DNA of 63,914 nt, counting the filler, from Anaerolineae bacterium (GTDB lineage Bacteria > Chloroflexota > Anaerolineae > Epilineales > Epilineaceae): assembly GCA_029262755.1 (NCBI GenBank). It is 7 parts of 7 records of this genome, joined end to end, with 100 filler letters (N's around TTAATTAATTAA, not from the genome) between each part and the next. Parts side by side here need not be neighbours in the genome. Positions count along the whole stretch, not along the records: positions 27,075 to 34,410 come from JAJCYU010000334.1; positions 34,511 to 51,992 come from JAJCYU010000335.1; 5 more parts are not named here. One strand, 5' to 3'. The first letter of the stretch is position 1; every line of letters starts with the position of its first letter. The notes beneath the pieces were generated by a model, which saw only the letters and a list, made by a program, of their open reading frames with translations, ran no database searches and was not told the origin of the DNA. Of the stretch, positions 28,252 through 37,352 are shown in pieces. A program made the position numbers and the translations under genes.

Positions 28252-31170
28252 CTATGACCGCGGCCCGCCCGTGTCCGGTATGCGGGCCAGCAATATGGCC
28301 TGGGCCAGCCAGAGCAGCAGAGCCAGGTCGACCAAGAAGAAATGGTTGTCGACCAGGCCATGCGCGGCGGCATAGACGAGAAGCCCAATCGCTCCGACGA
28401 TCAGCCATTGGGAATCCTCCGCGGTGTCGCTGGCGGCAGAGTCCCCAGCCGAACGTGCCGCGGTGCCCACCGCAGCCGAGCCTTCCCTCGTTGGATCCGA
28501 TGCGGCTTCAGGTGTGCCCACCGCTAGTAGGCTTTGGCGCGCCCGAGGGTTTGCAGCCGCGACCGCAGGCCAGGCAAGCCGTGCGAGACGTACGTGTCCC
28601 ACGAGCAACAGTGCGAGGGCGATCAGGCCAAGCGCTCCGAGCTGCGTCCACCAGTCCAACACCAACTGGTGCGGGTGGTTTAGGAAGCGCTCCTGCACCA
28701 CGGAGCGCCGCACGTAGATCTCGCTGTACTGGCGCAGAAAGTTGTCCGGACCGACGCCAAGAATGGCGTGATCGCGCGCCATCTCAAGACCGGCAGACCA
28801 TAATTGGGTCCGGATGTAGGCGGTAGATCCTGGTGCCAGGCTGAGCGCGCCGCGTACGCGTTCCGTGCGGGCAAACGGTAGCGCCAACGCCACGACAACA
28901 ACGGCTAGCGCCAACAACGAGAGCAGCGTGATTCGGACAGCGCGCAGGCCGGCGCGCCCGCGCGCTGCTGCAATGAGCCACGTGACCAGCAGGGCCGTCG
29001 GCGGCAGGCCGAATAGCAGGGCGCCGCGGCTGAACGTGCCCAGGAACGCAAGCCCCGTAAACCAGGCAACCACAAAGCAAACCGTCCGAACGCGACGCGA
29101 CGAAGCAAGCGCAGCCCCGGCTGCAGCAAACGGCAGCACGCGGCCAAGGAGCAGCGCGAGGTTGTTCGGGCTTGCGTAGGGCCCCGTGAGACGGTTCACG
29201 CCTTCGGCCGCCACGACGCCGAGGCTGTCACCCAGTGTGGGAGCAAGAGCCCCAAGGAATGCCCACGCTGCGGCTACGGTGGCGCCCCCCATGACCCCGA
29301 TCGTGCTCGTTCGCGTGGCACGCCGTCGCCAAGCCGGGCTGCCGATACGCAACAGCGCATACCAGATTGCGGGTCCCAGCAAGACCGTCCGCCACGCGTA
29401 GATGGCAGCGTCCGGCGTCCGCGCCCACAGCGGAGCCATGGCTCCCCAAGCGACAATCGCGACAACCACGGCATCGAGGGGATGCAATCGGAGGAGCGCA
29501 ATCCGTACGGACTCAATTCCCTCGCGCATTGTCCGCCTTGGAGCAACGTCCGCTGTGGCTACGGAACCCGTTGACACGTGGGTGTAGGATCGTGCCATTC
29601 GTCCAATCACCGCCAGCGCCAGCATCCCCTCCACCGGACCCACGGGGCGTGGCCCCCCGTACATGCGAAGCCCGTACCAGAACGGGGCTACGGCCGCGAC
29701 GCCGGCCACGGCGATCGCGGGTCGGATGGCGGCCAGCACAGCCAGCGGCACGAGCGCCGCCGTGGCTATCGGCCACGGCGCGAGCATTGCCAGTCCCCCG
29801 AACACCGCATACAGCACCGTCACGTGCGCATCACGAACGCCGTTCACCGCGTGCCAAAAAGGCGCGATGGGCGCTGCGAGCGTGGCGCGGAATCGCGCAG
29901 CCATTGCCGCAACCAGCACCAAAGCTGCCAGAAGGATCGCGCCGCCCAGCGCCGCGGGCATCTGGTCCGAGGGCCACCGGCTTTCGCGCGTGGGCGCAAG
30001 TGCAGCCGGCGCCACCAACGTCTCCGGATTCCGTGCCATGTGGCGCACCGCCTCGCCCAACGCGGTCGGCTCCCCATCGCGGTCGAGTAGGGCGAATCCG
30101 TGGACAGGGTCTTGCGGCGCGGCAACGGGATCGAGGTGCCATACGAGCATCGGCCCGAGCCATGGCCAATCCGTGCGCGCGAGGGCCCATCCATCGCCCA
30201 ACCAGGAGGCAGCGCCCGCGGAGGTGTGCCCGCCCCATGGGCTAGCGGCGTTGCCGACGCGCCAACCATACGCGACGGACCACATCGGCTTCTCTAGCCC
30301 TTTTCGCGTCAGCACCGCGTGCGCGGCCTCGGCTCGCGCGAAGTCCAATGACGCTCGCGACCCTCGGCGCCGCAGCGGCGGATCGCGCAAGCCAAAGGGC
30401 TGGATCGCAACCCCATCCACCGCTTCAAGGGCGCCGCTGCGTGCCAAACGCTCCAGAAACACGAGGTCGGATAGTGCGCATACTCCCAACTCCGTCGTCG
30501 GCGCGAGGCCGGCGGAGAGAACGGGCACGGCCGGCGCGCGATCGTGGACTGCTCGAGTCACCGCGGCGAGCACGTTTGCGTAGTCTTCCGGGTCAGGGCC
30601 CGAAACGCGCCACGTGGCGGCAAGATTCGGTTCGCGCCATACCTCGATGGCGGCCAGATCCGCCTCGAAGCGTTCGGCAACCCCCGCCGCAAAGGCCGCG
30701 AGATCACGTGCATGCCGCGGGGGCCCGTCGCGCAAAGCTTGGGCTAACGGCGATCGATCTTTGCAAACCATCCAATGGGCAGGGACGTCGCGGTGGTCGG
30801 CCGCCCAGGAAGGTGTCGTTTCGATGGTGGCGATCCACCGAACCTGGCGCTGCCGTAGATCCGCGGCCACCGAGTCCAGTCGGGTCCAATCGGGCTCACC
30901 CGAACGGAGCTCGATGTCGGCCCAGCGGACGGGCATCCGTACCAGATGGATCGGCGCCTCTTCAAGGAAGGACAGCGCGTGGCCGCGTCGTTCCTCGGTC
31001 ACGGACCTTTCAAGGAGGTCGACATTGACACCGAGTCGTGGGTCTATCCCCGGAGCGCCAAGCACCTCTACTGTGGCCGACGGGTCCAACGACGATTCGA
31101 AACACGCGATCGTGCCGAGAGCCAGGAACAGCCCTGCCACCATGGCCGCGCGGGTACGGGCGCGCCGCAC
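28252..31170 (-). CDS. GH clan-A-like domain fused to an O-antigen ligase/Wzy-like membrane domain
   Basis: VRMPVRWADIE and EVWREPN, then many TMs with GPYASPNNLA, FSRGA, GVGPDNF and HPHQ. Confidence 0.8.
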   Translation of the reverse strand: MRRARTRAAMVAGLFLALGTIACFESSLDPSATVEVLGAPGIDPRLGVNVDLLERSVTEERRGHALSFLEEAPIHLVRMPVRWADIELRSGEPDWTRLDSVAADLRQRQVRWIATIETTPSWAADHRDVPAHWMVCKDRSPLAQALRDGPPRHARDLAAFAAGVAERFEADLAAIEVWREPNLAATWRVSGPDPEDYANVLAAVTRAVHDRAPAVPVLSAGLAPTTELGVCALSDLVFLERLARSGALEAVDGVAIQPFGLRDPPLRRRGSRASLDFARAEAAHAVLTRKGLEKPMWSVAYGWRVGNAASPWGGHTSAGAASWLGDGWALARTDWPWLGPMLVWHLDPVAAPQDPVHGFALLDRDGEPTALGEAVRHMARNPETLVAPAALAPTRESRWPSDQMPAALGGAILLAALVLVAAMAARFRATLAAPIAPFWHAVNGVRDAHVTVLYAVFGGLAMLAPWPIATAALVPLAVLAAIRPAIAVAGVAAVAPFWYGLRMYGGPRPVGPVEGMLALAVIGRMARSYTHVSTGSVATADVAPRRTMREGIESVRIALLRLHPLDAVVVAIVAWGAMAPLWARTPDAAIYAWRTVLLGPAIWYALLRIGSPAWRRRATRTSTIGVMGGATVAAAWAFLGALAPTLGDSLGVVAAEGVNRLTGPYASPNNLALLLGRVLPFAAAGAALASSRRVRTVCFVVAWFTGLAFLGTFSRGALLFGLPPTALLVTWLIAAARGRAGLRAVRITLLSLLALAVVVVALALPFARTERVRGALSLAPGSTAYIRTQLWSAGLEMARDHAILGVGPDNFLRQYSEIYVRRSVVQERFLNHPHQLVLDWWTQLGALGLIALALLLVGHVRLARLAWPAVAAANPRARQSLLAVGTPEAASDPTREGSAAVGTAARSAGDSAASDTAEDSQWLIVGAIGLLVYAAAHGLVDNHFFLVDLALLLWLAQAILLARIPDTGGPRS

Positions 31171-32712
31171 TCAGATCGCCAGCCGGGTGGGCTCGCCCTC
31201 GCGCACGACACGCAGCCAGCCGTCGGGCTCGATACCAATGCCGGGTCCGGATCGAGGCGCGGCACAGCCGGTGGCATCGGGTTGCGGCCAATCCGACCAC
31301 GGACGCTCGTCGCCGTCGATTCCAACGTCCGCGGGACGCGTGAACGCCGGATGGCAGGCAACCGCAAGGGCGTGGTGCGCGCCGATCGGGGTGACGGGCC
31401 GTGCGATCAGGCGGGCCGCGACGGCGTGTCCTTGCGCGGCATTGGCCATCGACAGAGCCGCGTACGTGCCGCACGTCCCCGAATCGACAAGCAGCTCATC
31501 GGTAGCTTCGCGCTCGAGTACCGACGATGCCGCTTCCGCAGTCTCAACCGGGGCGAAGGCAACCGGGGCGTCCAGCCAGCGCTGTAATCGAGCGGCTTCA
31601 TGCACATGCGCTCCGGGAACGGGGCGCATCATGACGCTGGGACCGAGCCCCGCAAGGACCTGCAACGCGTAGAGATCAGAGGGTCGATACCGTTCTTCGA
31701 GGTCGAAGGCGAAGGCCGCGCCCTGTGCGGCTAGAGCGCGCACCACGTTTGGCCCGACGCGCCGATCCGCATTCGGGCGGGCGGAGAATATGAGCTCCCG
31801 AAAGCCCCTGTCCACCAGTGAATTCGCCATCAGGACTAATGAGGCTACGTCACCGCCCCGTGCGCGCGCGGCAAGCGGGATGGGCCGGTCGGCCATCGCG
31901 AGTGCAGTCGTGAGCGCAATGCCGTCTCGTTTCGCGCTCAGGTCCCAAATGGCGGCCTCCAATCCGGCGGCGGCCTCGGATTCCGATGCGAGACCCTGCC
32001 AGCGCAGGCTAAGCACGGCCGCAGACGAAACCGGCAGAGCGAGAAGTGCGGGAACGAGCGACTCGGACAGGGCTGCCAACGCGCCGTGCTCCCGCCATGA
32101 TTGCCGGCATTCGCCCCAACCCACGTGTCCCCCCGAACGGGCTTCGATAAGGATGGCGCGCGCATCGCCGTGAGCGACCCTATGCAAGTAGACTTCTTCG
32201 ACCTGAAGATGCTCGCGTGCGGCCGCGGGGGCCCAGCCTATGCGCGGCAGGCCGGGTACCGGCCCGGTGATGGGCATGGGCGTGGCGAGCCGCTTCCGCC
32301 AGACCGACAACTCGGCTCGCAGCGCGACCAGATCCAGGCCGTGGTGGTAGTCGGGCAGAGGATCGAGGGCCTGAAGCGCTCGTTTGAGCAAACGCCCCGC
32401 ACCGTTGGCGTTATCCTGCACCACATACTTATGAAACGCCGCCCCGGCTTGGATCAGACCCTGTACGAATGCTTTCTCTTCGGGGGGAGCGTCGAGCCAG
32501 ACCGCCTCCCAGGCTTCATGGCTGCCCCAATGATCGCCCCGATTGAAGCGAGCCAGACCAAGCGCGAGGCCGGCCCGGAATCCCGGGCCGGCCTCGAAAT
32601 GCAGCGCCCCTGCAGGCGACCCTGCGTGGGGTGGGTTCTTCGCTACGGCGTCACTCTCCCGCCAGCGCCGTGTCCACGGCCGTGGATAGGTCGAGTACCT
32701 CAGCCTGACCAC
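31171..32712 (-). CDS. DUF309 domain fused to a degenerate enolase-superfamily (MenC/NSAR-like) domain; start uncertain
   Basis: FNRGDHWGSHEAWEAVW...QGLIQ (DUF309), then GWGEC, AGLEAAIWDL and GPGIGIE. Confidence 0.7.
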   Translation of the reverse strand: MVRLRYSTYPRPWTRRWRESDAVAKNPPHAGSPAGALHFEAGPGFRAGLALGLARFNRGDHWGSHEAWEAVWLDAPPEEKAFVQGLIQAGAAFHKYVVQDNANGAGRLLKRALQALDPLPDYHHGLDLVALRAELSVWRKRLATPMPITGPVPGLPRIGWAPAAAREHLQVEEVYLHRVAHGDARAILIEARSGGHVGWGECRQSWREHGALAALSESLVPALLALPVSSAAVLSLRWQGLASESEAAAGLEAAIWDLSAKRDGIALTTALAMADRPIPLAARARGGDVASLVLMANSLVDRGFRELIFSARPNADRRVGPNVVRALAAQGAAFAFDLEERYRPSDLYALQVLAGLGPSVMMRPVPGAHVHEAARLQRWLDAPVAFAPVETAEAASSVLEREATDELLVDSGTCGTYAALSMANAAQGHAVAARLIARPVTPIGAHHALAVACHPAFTRPADVGIDGDERPWSDWPQPDATGCAAPRSGPGIGIEPDGWLRVVREGEPTRLAI

Positions 32713-33364
32713 CGCCGGCCACCAGCGTTTCGCCGATCAAGAAGGAAGGGGTGCTTTCCACGCCCGTCTCCGTGGCGAAATCTCGGTCCGCCTGCACGCG
32801 GGCGATCGTTTCCGGGTCGGACATGCAGTTCGCGAAGACCTCCGTATCAAGCCCGATACTCTCTGCCATCGAGGTCAGCCGTTCCGTGTTGTAGGCGCCA
32901 TCGTTGTTGACCGCCGTCTGATTCTCAAAAATCCAGTCATGCATCGCCCAGAACTCGCCCTGATCCGCGGCGCAGAATCCAGCAGCCGCGGCGGTATTGC
33001 TTTCATCCCCCAGGAATGCGAAGTTCACCCAGACGAGCTTGGCCTTGCCGGAGCCGATGTAGTCGCGCTTGAAGCCCTTGCTGTAGGTCTGCGAGAAATC
33101 GCGGCAATGCGGGCACTGCCAGTCCGCGAACTCGTACACGACGACGGGGGCGTCCGGATCCCCCATGAAGGGACGGCCGTCATCGTGAATACCGTGCATA
33201 TCCTCCGCGACATCCCCGCCGAGAGACTGGCTTACCGGGGTGGCCGGCCCATCGGAAGAACCGCCCGATAGGAGCCAGATCAGCCCCATGAGAAAGAAGG
33301 CCGCCAGCACGGCGGCGATACCGATAAGCTGCCATGAGATTCCCTGCTTCTTGCGCTTGGCCAC
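32651..33364 (-). CDS. DsbA-family thiol-disulfide oxidoreductase with N-terminal TM anchor
   Basis: GDPDAPV, FADWQCPHC and GVESTPSF motifs. Confidence 0.9.
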   Translation of the reverse strand: MAKRKKQGISWQLIGIAAVLAAFFLMGLIWLLSGGSSDGPATPVSQSLGGDVAEDMHGIHDDGRPFMGDPDAPVVVYEFADWQCPHCRDFSQTYSKGFKRDYIGSGKAKLVWVNFAFLGDESNTAAAAGFCAADQGEFWAMHDWIFENQTAVNNDGAYNTERLTSMAESIGLDTEVFANCMSDPETIARVQADRDFATETGVESTPSFLIGETLVAGGGQAEVLDLSTAVDTALAGE

Positions 33365-33528
33365 GGATTCCACCTTCGTTGTCTTTATGTCGAGAATTTC
33401 GGCGACGTAGATCGCTCGTCGTGCTGCAGAATGCGCCCGCTTCGCATCGACGCATGGCGATTCTAACCGGCGGTACCTGCCACCGTCAATCGACGCGTCT
33501 TCGCTTGTTGCTGAACGCGCCAAAATGG

Positions 33529-33557
33529 TTGACACCCCTAGGGCTGCATGGTACTCT
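33529..33557 (+). promoter_or_regulatory. Sigma70-type promoter for the tRNA/rnpB cluster
   Basis: TTGACA-N17-TACTCT with extended -10 TG. Confidence 0.75.
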
Positions 33558-33605
33558 ACCCGACGTTCTCGCGACGACTATGTCGCGAGAATCGTAGCGT
33601 TACGT

Positions 33606-33682
33606 GTCCCCGTAGCTCAGTGGATTAGAGCGTCTGGTTGCGGTCCAGAAGGTCGCAGGTTCGAGTCCTGCCGGGGATACCA
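33606..33682 (+). tRNA. tRNA-Arg(GCG)
   Basis: Anticodon arm TCTGG-TTGCGGT-CCAGA, GGTTCGAGTCC T-arm, encoded CCA. Confidence 0.9.
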
Positions 33683-33688
33683 TCCTTT

Positions 33689-33776
33689 GCCGAGGTGGCG
33701 GAATTGGCAGACGCGCGGCGTTCAGGACGCCGTGGGCTTAACGCCCGTGCGAGTTCGAGTCTCGCCCTCGGCACCA
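33689..33776 (+). tRNA. tRNA-Leu(CAG)
   Basis: CGGCG-TTCAGGA-CGCCG anticodon arm, long variable arm, CCA. Confidence 0.93.
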
Positions 33777-33816
33777 GGACACACCCTGTAGGAAGGCACG
33801 CTGGGGTGTGCAGTAA

Positions 33817-33902
<86 letters not shown>

Positions 33903-33911
33903 TTGCACCTT

Positions 33912-34341
33912 GACAGGGCATCCGGGAATCCGCCGCTGGCCTTCGGGCTAGAGGAACCTCCCAACTGCCACGTACATGTGGACCTCACGAAACCGGAAGT
34001 GAGGGCGCGTTGCCCGTGAGGGCGCGTGACGACAGCCGCAACAGAGAGAAGACCTGTCGGACCCGCGCATTGTGACGCGGGCGGCAAGGGTGAAAGCTCG
34101 CCGGGAAGGCGAGGGTGCGCTTCGGAGACGGGCGCACGCAGGTGAGGCGGCCACGGCAGCAAGGCGGGTGGGCCGGGCTCGTACTTGGGGCAGCGACCTC
34201 AAGCGATGTTCGGTCCCGTCGCAGCGGACGCCGGCGAGGTCGGGTAACACCCGTCAAGCTAGGCATCCGCCAGTGCCGTTCGCGGCGCTGAGATAGATGG
34301 CGGACTCGACAGAATTGGGGGTATGACCCCGATGCCCTGTT
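33912..34341 (+). ncRNA. rnpB: RNase P RNA with divergent P4/P5
   Basis: P1 ACAGGGCATC/GATGCCCTGT, P2 TCCGCC/GGCGGA, P3 UUCG hairpin, and conserved blocks GAGGAA, GCAACAGAGAG, AAGGGTGAAA, GCAAG, AGATAGATG, ACAGAA in canonical order. Confidence 0.9.
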
Positions 34342-34347
34342 CGGTGC

Positions 34348-34410
34348 GCCCCCGTAGCTCAGAGGATAGAGCACCGGCCTCCGGAGCCGGGTGCGCAGGT
34401 TCGAGTCCTG
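34348..34410 (+). tRNA. tRNA-Arg(CCG), 3'-truncated by gap
   Basis: CCGGC-CTCCGGA-GCCGG anticodon arm, GGTTCGAGTCC. Confidence 0.9.
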
Positions 34411-34510
34411 NNNNNNNNNNNNNNNNNNNNNNNNNNNNNNNNNNNNNNNNNNNNTTAATTAATTAANNNNNNNNNNNNNNNNNNNNNNNNNNNNNNNNNN
34501 NNNNNNNNNN

Positions 34511-34876
34511 GGAGGAAAGAAGGCGTATTTCGAAGGCGGGCAGCTACCGCTTGTCCGACGCCTTCCGTACCGCCGCGGCTTCACAAACGTGTTCCGTGTC
34601 GAATACGCTCCGGTGAACTTGTCGCGCTTGGAAGCAATGTTCGAAGATAACACCGAGATCACCGCCGCGACCCTTACGTCAGCCGGCGTCCTGCGCAACG
34701 AGCGCGAGGCCTACAAGATTTTGGGCGGCGAGATCGCCAAGCCTCTCGTTGTTCACGCGCCGCGATTCAGCGTCGCTGCACGGGCGGCCATCGAGGGTGC
34801 TGGTGGCCGCTGTGAAGACACGACCGACGACTATCGGCGTCCCGGCATGCGCCGCGAGCACAAGCGCTTCCGATAG
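34511..34876 (+). CDS. rplO: 50S ribosomal protein L15 (5'-truncated)
   Basis: FEGGQLPLVRRLP..RGF, KILG, FS..AR.AIE.AGG. Confidence 0.93.
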   Translation, partial: GGKKAYFEGGQLPLVRRLPYRRGFTNVFRVEYAPVNLSRLEAMFEDNTEITAATLTSAGVLRNEREAYKILGGEIAKPLVVHAPRFSVAARAAIEGAGGRCEDTTDDYRRPGMRREHKRFR

Positions 34877-34933
34877 CGCGCCGGCCGCCGTTAGACGGCC
34901 GGATACGAGCACCCTTCCGAGGAGCAAGCCGCG

Positions 34934-36247
34934 ATGTTCCGATCACTGGCTCAATCCCTGCGTTTACCGGATCTCCGGAGGCGCATCCTGTATACGTTGG
35001 CGATTCTGGCCATCTATCGTCTCGCCGCGCAGATTCCCGTACCGGGTGCAGACCGGGTGGCGATCAGCCAGATCTTGGACGGTCCCGGCGCGGTCGGTCG
35101 TCTCGGAAGCTTCTTGAACATGATGACCGGCGGTGCGCTCGAGAATTTTTCGGTGATGGCGATGGGGGTCTATCCCTACATCACCGCCTCGATCATCATG
35201 CAGCTGATGACGCCGTTGATTCCTGCGCTGGAAGAGTTGTCGAAGGAAGGGGAGTCTGGGCGCAACAAGATCAACCAGTGGACCTACTGGATGACGATCC
35301 CGTTGTGTATTGCGCAGGCGTTCGCGCAGATTGCCCTGCTCAACAGCTCCGGCAGCGTCGGCCAGCAGATCATTGAGTTTGGTCCGAACTACCCGCTCAA
35401 TACCGTGACGGTCTTGATGGCCCTGACGGCGGGTTCGATGTTCGCGCTATGGCTCGGTGAGCGCATCACGGAAGAGGGCCTCGGCAACGGCGTGTCGATC
35501 ATCATCTTCATTAGTATCGCGGCGCAGATTCCGACGAACCTGTTGAACCTCGGGCAGGCGAATGTGCTCTCGCTGGTCGTGGTGGCTCTGTTTACGATCG
35601 CCATCGTGTACGCCATCGTCGTGATCCAAGAGGGTCATCGACGCATTCCCGTGCAATACGGTCGGCAGGTCCGCGGTCAAAAAGTATACGGTGGGCAGTC
35701 TACGTTCATCCCGATGCGCGTGAACTCGACGGGCATGATCCCGCTGATCTTCGCGAGCTCGTTGATGATCTTTCCCGGTGTGATCGGCAGCCTGATGGCC
35801 AACTCGAGCAACAGCACGGTCAGCGGCGTAGGAATCACGCTTCAGAATACCTTCATCTCGGGAACGGACTGGGTTTACTTCCTCGTGTACTTCATTCTGG
35901 TGGTGGCATTCACGTACTTCTACGCGGATGTGATCTTCCGGCAGCAGAGCTTGCACGAGACGTTGCAGCGCAACGGTGGCTTCGTGCCCGGAATTCGTCC
36001 GGGCCAGCGCACCGAGACGTACTTGACCTTCGTCTTGCACCGGATCACGCTGTTCGGTGCCGTGTTCCTAGGGTTGGTGGCGATCGTCCCGTACTTCATG
36101 CAGTTCTTGACGCCGGGATTGAACGCAACGCAGTCGATGATCGTCGACAGTGCCGGGCTGCTCATTGTGGTCGGCGTCGTCGCCGATACGATCAAGCAGT
36201 TGCAAGCGCAGCTACTGATGCGCAACTATGAAGGCTTCATCAAGTAG
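34934..36247 (+). CDS. secY: Preprotein translocase SecY
   Basis: GVYPYITASII, WLGERITEEGLGNG and GGFVPGIRPG motifs. Confidence 0.97.
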   Translation: MFRSLAQSLRLPDLRRRILYTLAILAIYRLAAQIPVPGADRVAISQILDGPGAVGRLGSFLNMMTGGALENFSVMAMGVYPYITASIIMQLMTPLIPALEELSKEGESGRNKINQWTYWMTIPLCIAQAFAQIALLNSSGSVGQQIIEFGPNYPLNTVTVLMALTAGSMFALWLGERITEEGLGNGVSIIIFISIAAQIPTNLLNLGQANVLSLVVVALFTIAIVYAIVVIQEGHRRIPVQYGRQVRGQKVYGGQSTFIPMRVNSTGMIPLIFASSLMIFPGVIGSLMANSSNSTVSGVGITLQNTFISGTDWVYFLVYFILVVAFTYFYADVIFRQQSLHETLQRNGGFVPGIRPGQRTETYLTFVLHRITLFGAVFLGLVAIVPYFMQFLTPGLNATQSMIVDSAGLLIVVGVVADTIKQLQAQLLMRNYEGFIK

Positions 36248-36274
36248 TATCACGCCCGTTGGGGGCTGAAATTC

Positions 36275-36303
36275 TTGACCGAGCGGAGGGGGCGGGTTAT
36301 CCT
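36275..36303 (+). promoter_or_regulatory. Putative promoter for rpmJ-rpsM-rpsK-rpoA
   Basis: TTGACC-N17-TATCCT. Confidence 0.6.
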
Positions 36304-36337
36304 CAACGCTTGGCTTGTCGGCAGAAAGGACCATTCC

Positions 36338-36451
36338 ATGAAGGTTCAGGCTAGCGTCAAGAAGCGCTGCGAGAACTGTAAGATCGTGCGGCGACGAGGG
36401 CGTGTCTACGTGATTTGCAAGATCAAGAAGCACAAGCAGCGTCAGGGCTAG
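36338..36451 (+). CDS. rpmJ: 50S ribosomal protein L36 (not in the ORF track)
   Basis: [46 protein letters not shown]. Confidence 0.97.
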   Translation: MKVQASVKKRCENCKIVRRRGRVYVICKIKKHKQRQG

Positions 36452-36461
36452 GAGCTCGAAT

Positions 36462-36842
36462 ATGGCACGTATTGCAGGCGTTGACCTGCCACGAGACAAG
36501 CGCAGCATCATCGCGTTGACCTACATCTTCGGTATCGGTCGCACAAGCAGCGAGCGAATCCTGGATGCGACCGGCATCGACGGCGCGGTTCGGATCAAGG
36601 AGTTGACCGAGGACGAGGTTGGCCGCTTGCGCGCGTTCATCGACCAGAACTTCAAGGTCGAGGGTGATCTGAGGCGAGAAGTGTCGCAGAACATCAAGCG
36701 GTTGCAAGAGATCGGCTGCTATCGCGGGATCCGCCATCGCCGGCGGCTGCCCGTGCGCGGCCAACGCACGCGCACCAACGCGCGCTCCAACCGGGGCTCG
36801 CGCAAGACGGTGCCGGTGCGCCGTCGCGCCGCCTTGAAGTAG
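36462..36842 (+). CDS. rpsM: 30S ribosomal protein S13
   Basis: [10 protein letters not shown]...[13 protein letters not shown]. Confidence 0.98.
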   Translation: MARIAGVDLPRDKRSIIALTYIFGIGRTSSERILDATGIDGAVRIKELTEDEVGRLRAFIDQNFKVEGDLRREVSQNIKRLQEIGCYRGIRHRRRLPVRGQRTRTNARSNRGSRKTVPVRRRAALK

Positions 36843-36859
36843 GGGACGAGGAGAGCCAA

Positions 36860-37252
36860 ATGGCCCGACAAGCAGCCCGCCGCGGGCGACGCGCGGTACG
36901 TAAGAACATCCCGACGGGGCGCGCATTCGTGTTCGCAACGTTCAACAACACGATCATCACGATCACTGATCCCAATGGAAACACCGTGTGCTGGCGCAGT
37001 GGCGGCACGGTCGGTTTCAAGGGTTCGCGCAAGAGCACGCCGTACGCGGCACAGCTCGCTGGGCAGGCGGCGGCCGAAGAGGCCATCGAGCACGGCATGC
37101 GCGAAGTCACGGTCCACGTGAAGGGCCCCGGTCCTGGTCGCGAGAACGCCATTCGAGCATTGAGCCAGGGCGGGTTGAAGGTTTCGTCGATTACCGACGA
37201 GACCCCGATTCCATTCAACGGATGCCGCCCCCCGAAGAAGCGACGCGTCTAG
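36860..37252 (+). CDS. rpsK: 30S ribosomal protein S11
   Basis: [24 protein letters not shown] and [11 protein letters not shown] motifs. Confidence 0.98.
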   Translation: MARQAARRGRRAVRKNIPTGRAFVFATFNNTIITITDPNGNTVCWRSGGTVGFKGSRKSTPYAAQLAGQAAAEEAIEHGMREVTVHVKGPGPGRENAIRALSQGGLKVSSITDETPIPFNGCRPPKKRRV

Positions 37253-37352
37253 TACAGCCCAAGCACGACGGCTTGCGGCTCGAGGGCGTGCGCCCTAAGG
37301 CCGCGGGATCGCGACGCAGCTTCGCAGCGAGCGTAGAACGGAGAGAGCGGAC

